Shown here piece after piece: positions 1 to 9,266 of a DNA stretch of 64,000 bases. Position 1 is the stretch's first letter. Each line of letters starts with the position of its first letter. The notes beneath the pieces are model-generated. The model was given only the letters and a program-made list of their open reading frames with translations. It made no database searches and was not told where the DNA came from. This stretch comes from Prevotella sp. (GTDB lineage: Bacteria > Bacteroidota > Bacteroidia > Bacteroidales > Bacteroidaceae): NCBI GenBank assembly GCA_017478025.1, contig JAFVGZ010000005.1, positions 52,019-116,018 on the forward strand, given 5' to 3'. Both the position numbers and the translations under genes were made by a program.

Positions 1-2736
1 GGGCAGGCTGAGGGCATGTACAGCCAGCGCATATACAGCATTGTTCAGACTGACGACAACGCGCTGTGGTGGTCAACGAAGTATGGCGTGGACCGCTATA
101 ACGGGGCATCCGTAAAGAAATACCACCTTGGGAAGACAATGGTCAGCGACTTCGGAGGGCGCACGATCAAGCTGAAACAGTCACTCAACAGCGACAACAC
201 CCATACGCTGATTGCCTTTGACAGCAGCGGATTGGTGTTTGAATACGATGTCGTGCAGGACCGTTTCAAGCTCTTAGCAGAAATCAGACAGCTGCTGGGA
301 GACCAGGTATTACTCAACGACGTGCTGCTCACCCAGCAGGGCATGTGGCTGGCGATGCGTGAAGGCATCTACTTCCTGCACGGCAATGAGCTGACCGACG
401 TCATGAAGGGTGTCTTCGCCAATTGCATTATCAGCACCGGTCGGCAGTTGCTCTTTGGCACAAGGAACGGTGTGCTGGCCTATAACATAGGCAAAGCATC
501 GCAGAAAGTGAGCAAAGGCGAGAGGATGCAGGTGGTCATCCCCGATGCTGTGGAGTGCGGATATTATGATAATAAATATAATAAGGTGTGGCTTGGCGCA
601 TTCCTTGGGGGCGTGAAAGTATTACCCATGAACGCCAAGGGCAGCGTCTCCAATTCAGCCGCTGCGGTCGATATGCCGGGCATCACAAGCCATCCTGTGC
701 GCAGTCTCTACCCCTACGACAACAATACGATGCTGGTGGGTGTTGACGGTGCGGGTGTATGGTGCGCCAATCGTAAGCCCGATGCCACCCAGAGCTATTC
801 GGGAAGGCTGCTGTTTGATGCCAACGACGGGCCTCACGGTGCCCTGCACGGCAACGGTATCTACTCTGTCATCGTTGACAGTTGGGGCAGCATAGTCATC
901 GGAAGCTATTCGGGAGGCATCGACATAGCGCGTCCCGTAGGCAGTACCCCAGCCATCTTCCAGCACGCCAGAGGCACGGACCAGTCGCTGCTGAACGACC
1001 GCGTGAACTGTGTGGCACAGATGGCTGACGGGGATATGGTGATGGGCACGGACAACGGCATAAGCTTCTTTGACCATACTGAAGGCAAATGGAAGCATGC
1101 CTGTCGCGGTATCGTGATCACGAGTTTCTGTCATACGCCTCAGGGCTCATTGCTGGCAGCCACTTACGGGCGGGGTGTTTACGAGATTACCAAAAGCAGC
1201 GTCACGCAGCGCTATAGCTCCAGCGATGGCCTGCTGAAGGATGACTTTGTCTATAGCCTCTTCTATGACCGCAGCGGCAACCTGTGGATGGGCTGCCTGG
1301 ACGGTGACCTGGTGCAGGTGAGCGCTGCGGGGAGCAAGTATTATAAGCTCAACAACGTGCACGACATCATACAGTTGCCCGACGGGAAGATTGCCGTAGG
1401 TACGGCCAACGGCCTTTGGACGATAGAGGCGCAAACGGGTGAGGTGCGCCAACTGAACTACAGCACCGAGTCCACCGAGAATATCAGCCGCTACATCACA
1501 ACGCTCTATGCGAACAACAATGAGCTATGGATAGGCACAGACGGCGGCGGCGTCTATATCTATCACTTATTCAAGCACCACTCCACGCGCATCAGCATCG
1601 CTGACGGACTGCCCTCAGGCAACATCAGCAGCATCTTCCCCGACCGGCGAGGGCGCATCATGATAGCCACAGAACACGGTCTGGCCTTCGTCACACAGAA
1701 GACACCACGCGAGGTGGTGGATGTGAACTACTGCTACGGACTGTACCGTGAATACAGCGAAGGCGCCGTGTGCAGCCTCACAGACGGCAACATCCTCTAT
1801 GGCAGCACTACGGGAGCACTGGTCATCAATCCCGACAAGATACAGAAGCTCAACTATACTGCCAGGCTGAACCTGATGGGCATCAGCTGCAGCAACGACG
1901 ACGATGAGCAATTCCGCGAGAAGGTCAGCCGCATGTTGCGTGACGGACGACTCTCCTTGGATTACGACCAGCGCACCTTTGACCTGCACTTCGAGGCCAT
2001 CAACCTGCGCAACCAGTATGACATAGCCTACCAGTATCAGGTAGGCAACGGCCCTTGGAGCAAGCCCGACACGCAGCCTTATATCCGTTTTACAAACCTG
2101 GAGCCGGGCACACATCATCTGCGGCTACGCTGTGTCAGCCTCAGCTCATGCGGTGCCATCGAACTGAGGTCAAACGGAGGCATTGTGCTTGACGAGGTAT
2201 TGCTGACCATTCAGATTGCGCAGCCGTGGTGGAACTCCTGGTGGATGCGGATGATTTACATCGGCTTGATAGCCCTCCTGTTCTGGGGAGCATGGCGCAT
2301 CTATGGGCTGCATAACAGGTATATGCGTTTGGTTGTGAGCTACTCCGAACTGCAATCCTCCACGGAGAGCGAGGAGGGAGAAGCTGGTAATGATGAGAAA
2401 ACGGAGCCTGCCACCGATGACGATGGTGCGAAACACTTTATCGAGCAGGCCACGCAGCACGTGCTTGATCATCTTTCAGACTCCTCGTTCGGCATCGATG
2501 AGCTGTGTCGCGAGATGGCCATGAGCCGCACACTGTTCTATGTACGCCTGAAGTCATACACGGGACAGTCACCTCAGGACTTTGTCCGCATCATCCGCTT
2601 GGAGCGTGCCGCCGCGATGCTGCGCAACGGACACTCTGTCACCGATGCGGCAGCGCTGACAGGGTTCGACAATCCAAAGTATTTCAGCACGGTATTCAAG
2701 AAATATTTCGGCACTTCACCCTCAAAATATTGCTAA
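1..2736 (+). CDS. Membrane-anchored sensor/regulator: periplasmic beta-propeller (Reg_prop) + Y_Y_Y + TM + AraC HTH; HTCS-like but without histidine kinase or receiver domain; probably 5'-truncated by the window edge
   Basis: Frame is open from base 1 (GQAEG-M) and no signal peptide is visible. Repeated 'D..G.LW.GT..G' propeller motifs, 'IRFTNLEPGTHHL' Y_Y_Y motif, 'PWWNSWWMRMIYIGLIALLFWGAW' TM, C-terminal 'MSRTLFYVRLK...GFDNPKYFSTVFKKYFGTSPS' AraC HTH. Confidence 0.9.
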   Translation, partial: GQAEGMYSQRIYSIVQTDDNALWWSTKYGVDRYNGASVKKYHLGKTMVSDFGGRTIKLKQSLNSDNTHTLIAFDSSGLVFEYDVVQDRFKLLAEIRQLLGDQVLLNDVLLTQQGMWLAMREGIYFLHGNELTDVMKGVFANCIISTGRQLLFGTRNGVLAYNIGKASQKVSKGERMQVVIPDAVECGYYDNKYNKVWLGAFLGGVKVLPMNAKGSVSNSAAAVDMPGITSHPVRSLYPYDNNTMLVGVDGAGVWCANRKPDATQSYSGRLLFDANDGPHGALHGNGIYSVIVDSWGSIVIGSYSGGIDIARPVGSTPAIFQHARGTDQSLLNDRVNCVAQMADGDMVMGTDNGISFFDHTEGKWKHACRGIVITSFCHTPQGSLLAATYGRGVYEITKSSVTQRYSSSDGLLKDDFVYSLFYDRSGNLWMGCLDGDLVQVSAAGSKYYKLNNVHDIIQLPDGKIAVGTANGLWTIEAQTGEVRQLNYSTESTENISRYITTLYANNNELWIGTDGGGVYIYHLFKHHSTRISIADGLPSGNISSIFPDRRGRIMIATEHGLAFVTQKTPREVVDVNYCYGLYREYSEGAVCSLTDGNILYGSTTGALVINPDKIQKLNYTARLNLMGISCSNDDDEQFREKVSRMLRDGRLSLDYDQRTFDLHFEAINLRNQYDIAYQYQVGNGPWSKPDTQPYIRFTNLEPGTHHLRLRCVSLSSCGAIELRSNGGIVLDEVLLTIQIAQPWWNSWWMRMIYIGLIALLFWGAWRIYGLHNRYMRLVVSYSELQSSTESEEGEAGNDEKTEPATDDDGAKHFIEQATQHVLDHLSDSSFGIDELCREMAMSRTLFYVRLKSYTGQSPQDFVRIIRLERAAAMLRNGHSVTDAAALTGFDNPKYFSTVFKKYFGTSPSKYC

Positions 2737-2755
2737 AAAAGAGTTTGAAATCTAT

Positions 2756-2803
2756 CAAAAGGGGTTTGAAAACTGACATTTGCAGGTTTTCAAACCCCTT
2801 TTG
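2756..2803. terminator. Perfect 18-bp inverted repeat after the regulator stop; terminator and/or operator for the PUL promoter
   Basis: caaaaggggtttgaaaac (2756-2773) pairs with gttttcaaaccccttttg (2786-2803). Confidence 0.6.
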
Positions 2804-2837
2804 TATGCAGTCAAACCACAGGTATTGCCTAAAGCAT

Positions 2838-2845
2838 TACCTTTG
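2838..2845 (+). promoter_or_regulatory. Bacteroidota sigma-A -7 element for the PUL operon
   Basis: TACCTTTG matches TAnnTTTG and lies 22 nt before the GH5 ATG at 2868. Confidence 0.65.
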
Positions 2846-2867
2846 CAGCCAAAAACTAACCAACCCG

Positions 2868-4112
2868 ATGAAAAAGCTAACATTTCCTTTACTTAACAAC
2901 ATGCTGTTCGCTATGGCATTTCTGTTCGTCATGCCCAGCTGTTCAGCAGATGCCGCAGAAAGTCAGCCAAGCAATACTGACGCACCTGCATCAGAAAATC
3001 GTGCCATCACCGCCCAGCAGTGGAACAGCCAGGTCAAGGCCGGCTGGAACCTCGGTAACCAATTCGAGTGCTCAGCTCCAGGACAGGACGGAGAGTCAAT
3101 GCAGATAGGCGTTTTTGACAACCACCTGAATGCCGAGACCGCGTGGGGCAACCCCAAAGTGACCAAAAAGACCATCAAGGCCGTGCGCGATGCCGGTTTT
3201 GATGCCATTCGCATACCCGTGCGCTGGCAGTGCCACATCACCAATCCTACCGCCATGAGCATCGACAAGCAGTGGATGGCACGTATAAAAGAGGTAGTGG
3301 GCTGGTGTCTGGACAACGACATGAAGGTCATCATCAACACCCACCACGACAAATGGCTGGAGGGACGTCCATACTCTCAGTATAAAGATGAAAACAATCA
3401 GAAGCTGGCTCTGCTGTGGATGAACATCGCCAGCGAGTTTGCACAGTACGACTATCGTGTCGCCTTTGCCGGAACCAACGAGGTACACGTCAAGGACAAC
3501 TGGGGGAAGCCATCGAAAGAGAACCTTGAGGTGCAGAACTCATACAATCAGACATTCATAGATGTGGTGCGCGCTACGGGAGGCAACAACGCTCAGCGTC
3601 ACCTCATAGTGCAGACATACGTATGCAATCCCGACTTCGGAATCAACAATAACGACTTCATTATCCCCACAGACATAGAGGGTAACGGCAACAAATACAT
3701 GAGCGTGGAGTTCCACTACTACACCCCATGGGACTATGCCGGCGAGTGCAAATACTACTTCTGGGGCGAGCCCTACAAGCAGTACGGCGAGGCATCGCCA
3801 AGCAATGAGAAGACAATGAGCGACTTCTTTGACCGCGTAGCCAGCACATGGGCAGCGAAGGGACTGGGCGTTGTCATTGGCGAATGGGGCGTCACCGACC
3901 ACTATAAGGGTGGCCAGACAGACATCATCCATGAAAACATGACATACTACTGCCGCTTCCTGACCAGCGAGGCCCGTAAGCGCGGCTTCTCAACCTTCGT
4001 ATGGGACAACAACTCCTTTGGCAACGGAAGCGAGAAATTCGGTATCTTCGACCGCAAGGACGGCATGAAAGTGAAAGCCGACTGGATATTAAAAGGTATT
4101 ATGGAAAAGTAA
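2868..4112 (+). CDS. GH5 endo-beta-glucanase (GH5_4-like), probable lipoprotein
   Basis: Start moved from 2505 to ATG 2868 (MKKLTF...VMPSC lipoprotein signal). Motifs WNLGN, ETAWGNP, IRIPVRW, NTHHD, catalytic TNE and GEWG, WDNN. Confidence 0.9.
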   Translation: MKKLTFPLLNNMLFAMAFLFVMPSCSADAAESQPSNTDAPASENRAITAQQWNSQVKAGWNLGNQFECSAPGQDGESMQIGVFDNHLNAETAWGNPKVTKKTIKAVRDAGFDAIRIPVRWQCHITNPTAMSIDKQWMARIKEVVGWCLDNDMKVIINTHHDKWLEGRPYSQYKDENNQKLALLWMNIASEFAQYDYRVAFAGTNEVHVKDNWGKPSKENLEVQNSYNQTFIDVVRATGGNNAQRHLIVQTYVCNPDFGINNNDFIIPTDIEGNGNKYMSVEFHYYTPWDYAGECKYYFWGEPYKQYGEASPSNEKTMSDFFDRVASTWAAKGLGVVIGEWGVTDHYKGGQTDIIHENMTYYCRFLTSEARKRGFSTFVWDNNSFGNGSEKFGIFDRKDGMKVKADWILKGIMEK

Positions 4113-4130
4113 AATTGTATAGTAATAGAT

Positions 4131-5276
4131 ATGAGAAAAGTTTTTTCTACACTGGCATTGATTGCCACAACCGCGCTGGCTCTCATGGCTTGCTCCACAG
4201 AAAGCGAAACAAGCGAAGTAAACAATTTCCAAATCCATCGTGGCACAAACATGAGCCACTGGCTGTCGCAGAGCGAGGAGCGCGGCGAAGCCAGGAAGAA
4301 TCACATCCAGGAAGACGATTTCGTACGCCTCAACAAGTTAGGCTTTGACTTCATCCGACTGCCTATCGACGAGGTACAGTTCTGGGACGAGAACGGCAAG
4401 AAGTTGCCCGAGGCATGGGACTTGCTCCGTTTTGCCGTTGACCAGAGCATCAAGAACAATCTGCGCGTTATCGTAGATCTGCATATCATACGTTCACATT
4501 ATTTCAATGCCGTAGTAGAAGGCAATGGCGAGGCCAACACCCTGTTCTCGTCAGAGAAAGCCCAGCAAGACCTCATCAACATGTGGTACCAGCTGTCAGA
4601 CGTGCTGAAGGGATACAGCAATGACTCCGTGGCTTACGAGTTCATGAATGAGCCTGTAGCCGACGAGCATGAGCAGTGGAACCAGCTGATAGCCAAGGTG
4701 CACAAAGCCCTGCGCGAGCGTGAGCCACAGCGCACACTGGTCATCGGCAGCAATATGTGGCAGGGCTATGAGACGATGAAGTATCTGAAGGTGCCAGAGG
4801 GCGACAAGAACATCATCCTCTCATTCCATTACTACAACCCAATGCTGCTCACACACTATGGCGCACCCTGGACTCCGATAGGCCAGTATAAGGGCAAGGT
4901 GAACTATCCGGGCGTACTGGTTTCCAAGGAAGACTATGAGGCTGCCTCCGACACCGTGAAGCACCTGCTGGACGAGGGCAAATATACCACACAGGTATGG
5001 GATATCAACAAGATACGTGAAGACTTCAAGGACGCTATTGCAGCTGCCAAGAAGTATGACCTGCAGCTGTTCTGCGGCGAGTGGGGCGTATATGAGCCTG
5101 TTGACCGCGAGCTGGCATACAAGTGGACGAAGGACATGCTGACGGTGTTCAAGGAGAACAACATTGCGTGGACCTCATGGTGCTATGATGCCGACTTCGG
5201 CTTCTGGGACCAGCAGAAGGATGATTTCAAGGACAAGGGACTTGTAGAACTGCTGACAGGGAAGAGTGAAGAGTGA
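4131..5276 (+). CDS. Second GH5 glycoside hydrolase (endoglucanase/cellodextrinase), lipoprotein
   Basis: LMAC lipobox; GFDFIRLP, IVDLH, MNEP (acid/base), FHYY, CGEWG (nucleophile). Confidence 0.88.
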   Translation: MRKVFSTLALIATTALALMACSTESETSEVNNFQIHRGTNMSHWLSQSEERGEARKNHIQEDDFVRLNKLGFDFIRLPIDEVQFWDENGKKLPEAWDLLRFAVDQSIKNNLRVIVDLHIIRSHYFNAVVEGNGEANTLFSSEKAQQDLINMWYQLSDVLKGYSNDSVAYEFMNEPVADEHEQWNQLIAKVHKALREREPQRTLVIGSNMWQGYETMKYLKVPEGDKNIILSFHYYNPMLLTHYGAPWTPIGQYKGKVNYPGVLVSKEDYEAASDTVKHLLDEGKYTTQVWDINKIREDFKDAIAAAKKYDLQLFCGEWGVYEPVDRELAYKWTKDMLTVFKENNIAWTSWCYDADFGFWDQQKDDFKDKGLVELLTGKSEE

Positions 5277-5298
5277 AAAGTGAAGAGTGAAGAGTGAA
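5261..5298 (+). repeat. Heptamer tandem repeat (GAAGAGT)n overlapping the GH5 stop
   Basis: gaagagtgaagagtgaaaagtgaagagtgaagagtgaa. Confidence 0.75.
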
Positions 5299-5321
5299 TT
5301 CGCAACAGAACAAACAAAGAG

Positions 5322-7808
5322 ATGAAAACATTTGGCTATTTCGACGACAAGAACCGCGAGTATGTCATCAATGACCCCGCCACGCCGTTCCCATGGATTA
5401 ACTATCTGGGCAATGAGGATTTCTTTAGCCTGATATCCAATACGGCAGGTGGATATAGTTTCTATAAGGATGCGAAGTTCCGCCGCATCACACGTTATCG
5501 TTATAATGGTGTGCCTATGGACAATGGCGGTCGCTATTTCTATATCAACGACGGCGGCACAGTCTGGAATCCCGGATGGAAACCCTGCCGCACGCCTCTT
5601 GACAACTATGAGTGCCGCCACGGCATGAACTACACACGCATTACGGGTAGCAAGAACGGCATAGAGGCAAGCGTACTCTTCTTCGTTCCGCTGAAGACAT
5701 GGGCTGAGGTGCAGAAGCTGACACTCAGGAATACCACTGGCGAGAAGAAGTGCTTCAAGCTGTTCTCGCTTACGGAGTGGTGTCTGTGGAACGCTGCCAC
5801 CGACATGGAGAACTTCCAGCGCAACTGGTCAACGGGCGAGGTGGAGATAGAGGGCGCTACCATCTATCATAAGACAGAATACAAGGAACGCCGCAACCAC
5901 TATGCCTACTATACCGTGACCAATGCAGAGATTCAGGGCTATGACACTGACCGCGAGTCGTTCATCGGTCTGTATAATGAGTTTGCTGACCCTCAGCGTG
6001 TCGTTGAGGGACGCTCAAGTCAGTCCGTTGCTCATGGATGGAGTCCCATCGCATCACATTATATAGAGGTGGAACTGCAACCGGGAGAGTCCAAGGATTA
6101 TATCTTCCTCTTGGGATATGTGGAGAACGCAGAGGACGAGAAGTTCTCTTCTGAAGATATTATGCGCAAGAAGGCGGGGGAGATTATCTCCTCACAGGAC
6201 AGCGATGTGACTCTTGTCAACAAGAAGAAAGCCCACGAGGTTATTGCACGCTTCTCTACAGTCGAGGCAGTGGATGCCGCCTTTGATGAGTTGCGACAGA
6301 TGTGGGACGAACTGTTGGACAAGTTTACAGTAAGCAGCAGCGACGAGCGCCTGAACCGCATGGTGAACATTTGGAACCAATACCAGTGCATGATTACCTT
6401 CAACTTCTCGCGCTCAGCCAGCTTCTTTGAGAGCGGCGTAGGTCGCGGCATGGGTTTCCGTGACTCTAATCAGGACTTGGTAGGCTTCGTACATCAGGTT
6501 CCAAGCCGTGCACGTCAGCGCATCATCGACATTGCATCAACACAATTCCCCGACGGTGGCTGCTACCACCAGTATCAGCCTCTGACCAAACGCGGAAACA
6601 ATGACATCGGCGGAGGATTCAATGACGACCCCTGCTGGCTCATCTTCGGCACCGTGGCATATATTAAGGAGACTGGTGACTATTCTATTCTCAATGAGAT
6701 GGTGCCTTTCGATAATGAGCCAGGCACTGAGGTTACGCTGATGGAGCACCTGCGCATCTCGTTCAATCATGTCGTGGAGAACCTCGGACCTCACGGACTG
6801 CCACTCATCGGTCGTGCTGACTGGAACGACTGTCTGAACCTGAATTGCTTCTCAAAAGACCCCAACGAGTCATTCCAGACCACCGAGAACAATAGCGAGG
6901 GCAGCAAGGCTGAGTCTCTGATGATTGCAGGCCTGTTTATCTTCACTGGCAAACAGTACGTGGATCTCTGCCTCCACTATGACCATAACGAAGAAGCCCA
7001 CCGCGCCCAGCAGTGCATTGACAAGATGGTAGAGGCCGTGAAGCAATACGGCTGGGACGGTGAGTGGTATCTGCGTGCATACGACTACTATGGCAACAAA
7101 ATCGGCTCAAGCGAGAATGAGGAAGGAAAGATCTTCATTGAGTCACAGGGCTTCTGCACTATGGCAGGCATAGGCCTCGAGGAGGGCATGGTCGATAAGT
7201 CATTAGACTCCTGCAAACGCCTCTTGGACTGCGAGCACGGCATGGTGCTTAACTATCCGGCCTTCACCCGCTACCACATTGAGATGGGCGAGATTTCCTC
7301 CTACCCTGCCGGTTACAAGGAGAACGGCGGCATCTTCTGCCACAACAACCCCTGGGTAATCATAGGCGAGACCGTAGCACGCCGTGGCAACGATGCCTGG
7401 CAGCACTACACAAAGATTGCCCCTGCATGGATAGAGGACCAAGCGCTGCACAAGGTAGAGCCTTATGTTTACTGTCAGATGGTGGCAGGAAAGGAAGCCG
7501 CCAAGCCCGGAGAGGGCAAGAACTCTTGGCTGACCGGAACGGCAGCATGGAACTGGCTCACCATTACACAATATATCTTAGGAATCAGGCCTACCTTCGA
7601 CGGACTGGAGATAGACCCCTGCATTCCCTCTACGCTCAAGGAGTATTCCGTTCATCGTCAGCTGCGCGATGCAGCCTTCGACATCACCGTGAAGAACCCC
7701 AACGGCAAGGAGAGCGGCATCACCCGCATAGTGCTCGATGGTTTCCCCATCGAGAGCAACATAATCAAGGCCACACCAGGCCATCACACCGTCATTGTAG
7801 AAATGTAA
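5322..7808 (+). CDS. GH94 cellobiose phosphorylase (cytoplasmic)
   Basis: [75 protein letters not shown]; no signal peptide. Confidence 0.93.
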   Translation: MKTFGYFDDKNREYVINDPATPFPWINYLGNEDFFSLISNTAGGYSFYKDAKFRRITRYRYNGVPMDNGGRYFYINDGGTVWNPGWKPCRTPLDNYECRHGMNYTRITGSKNGIEASVLFFVPLKTWAEVQKLTLRNTTGEKKCFKLFSLTEWCLWNAATDMENFQRNWSTGEVEIEGATIYHKTEYKERRNHYAYYTVTNAEIQGYDTDRESFIGLYNEFADPQRVVEGRSSQSVAHGWSPIASHYIEVELQPGESKDYIFLLGYVENAEDEKFSSEDIMRKKAGEIISSQDSDVTLVNKKKAHEVIARFSTVEAVDAAFDELRQMWDELLDKFTVSSSDERLNRMVNIWNQYQCMITFNFSRSASFFESGVGRGMGFRDSNQDLVGFVHQVPSRARQRIIDIASTQFPDGGCYHQYQPLTKRGNNDIGGGFNDDPCWLIFGTVAYIKETGDYSILNEMVPFDNEPGTEVTLMEHLRISFNHVVENLGPHGLPLIGRADWNDCLNLNCFSKDPNESFQTTENNSEGSKAESLMIAGLFIFTGKQYVDLCLHYDHNEEAHRAQQCIDKMVEAVKQYGWDGEWYLRAYDYYGNKIGSSENEEGKIFIESQGFCTMAGIGLEEGMVDKSLDSCKRLLDCEHGMVLNYPAFTRYHIEMGEISSYPAGYKENGGIFCHNNPWVIIGETVARRGNDAWQHYTKIAPAWIEDQALHKVEPYVYCQMVAGKEAAKPGEGKNSWLTGTAAWNWLTITQYILGIRPTFDGLEIDPCIPSTLKEYSVHRQLRDAAFDITVKNPNGKESGITRIVLDGFPIESNIIKATPGHHTVIVEM

Positions 7809-7814
7809 GGAGCT

Positions 7815-9164
7815 ATGGCAAAAGTACGACTGATTGAAAAGATTGGCTATGCGCTGGGCGATGCTGCTGCGGGTGGCATCACATGGAAGGTTATGTCTAT
7901 TGCCTTCCCGTTGTTCTTCACTAACGTCTTCGGCCTTACCATTGCTGACACGGCGACGCTGATGCTCATCGCGCGAATGTTTGACGTAGTCACCGACCCA
8001 CTGATGGGATCGCTGGCAGACCGCACACAAAGCCGTTGGGGTACCTACCGCCCCTGGCTGCTGTTCGGTGCCGTGCCCATGGGCGTAGTCTTTGCACTGC
8101 TGCTCTACACGCCGGAGTTCGGTGCTGTGGGTAAGCGCATTTGGGCTTACTCCCTCTACCTGCTGATGATGGTGGTCTATACGGCTGTTAATGTGCCATA
8201 TGGTGCATTGGTAGGCGTGATGACCGACGACGATGACGAGAAGAACCAGTTCTCATCGTTCCGCATGGTCGGTGCATACGCTATGGGCTTCATCACGCTG
8301 TTCAGCTTCCCGTACCTGCAGAAGATGGTAGGCGGAACCGAGCAGCACCAGTATGCCGTACTGGGTGCATTCTTCGGACTCCTTGCCACGTTGGGCACAC
8401 TGGCCTGCGGACTGCTGACAAAGGAACGCATGAAACCCGTACGCGCAGAGAATTTCTCGCTCAAGCCATTTGCTGATCTGTTCAGCAACAAACCCTGGGT
8501 ATATCTCACACTCATCGGCATCTTCATGAATTTCTTCAACGGTTTCCGCTATGCTGTGGCAGGCTATATGTTCGAGTATTGTCTGTATGGCGACGTTACC
8601 ATCAACGGCCTTATTATCAATTACACCGTCTTTATGACCTTCGGCGAACTGACGTGCATGGCCTTCGGAGGCGTCTCACCGTGGTTTACACGTCGCGCAG
8701 GCTCCAAACGTAAGGCCTTCATGTGGGCGGCAGCCATCTGCATGGTGACCAGCGTGCTGTTCTATTTCGTGCCAATGGATGCAGCCTACATCTGGTTGAT
8801 GGTAGGCATCGTTGTCCTGACAAGTGTAGGCATAGGTCTCTATTCCCCATTACTGTGGTCAATGTATGCCGACGTGGCCGACTATGCCACTGAGAAGAAC
8901 GGTACGTCCTCCACAGGCGTCATCTTCTCCTCGGGCACCATGTCACAGAAATTCGGCACTGCCATCAGCGCCTCGCTGGTAGCCCTGCTCCTCGGCATCG
9001 CCGGATTTGTATCAGGCACCGACCCCATAAACGGCCACACCATCATCACCATCACCGATGAAGAAGCGGTACGCCAGATGATATGGCTCCTATTCTCGCT
9101 CTTCCCTGCAATCATTGCAGTCATCATCATAGCCCTGCTATACTTCTACCCCATCAAGAAATAG
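7815..9164 (+). CDS. MFS glycoside-pentoside-hexuronide (GPH) family sugar transporter
   Basis: EKIGYALGD, ARMFDVVTDPLMGSLADRTQSRWGTYRPWLL, WSMYADVADY; about 12 hydrophobic segments. Confidence 0.92.
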   Translation: MAKVRLIEKIGYALGDAAAGGITWKVMSIAFPLFFTNVFGLTIADTATLMLIARMFDVVTDPLMGSLADRTQSRWGTYRPWLLFGAVPMGVVFALLLYTPEFGAVGKRIWAYSLYLLMMVVYTAVNVPYGALVGVMTDDDDEKNQFSSFRMVGAYAMGFITLFSFPYLQKMVGGTEQHQYAVLGAFFGLLATLGTLACGLLTKERMKPVRAENFSLKPFADLFSNKPWVYLTLIGIFMNFFNGFRYAVAGYMFEYCLYGDVTINGLIINYTVFMTFGELTCMAFGGVSPWFTRRAGSKRKAFMWAAAICMVTSVLFYFVPMDAAYIWLMVGIVVLTSVGIGLYSPLLWSMYADVADYATEKNGTSSTGVIFSSGTMSQKFGTAISASLVALLLGIAGFVSGTDPINGHTIITITDEEAVRQMIWLLFSLFPAIIAVIIIALLYFYPIKK

Positions 9165-9266
9165 CCCTTCCCCCTTTTCCCCCCACGAGTGTTCGACGGT
9201 TTCCCCGTCGAATATAAAAAAGAATTTCAAAAACTACTATTACTAATAACTTCAAAATTTAAACAC

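Noticed and set aside
2505-2867. N-terminal 121-aa extension of the first GH5
   Set aside because: It overlaps the regulator's 3' end, terminator and promoter; the lipoprotein signal starts at 2868.
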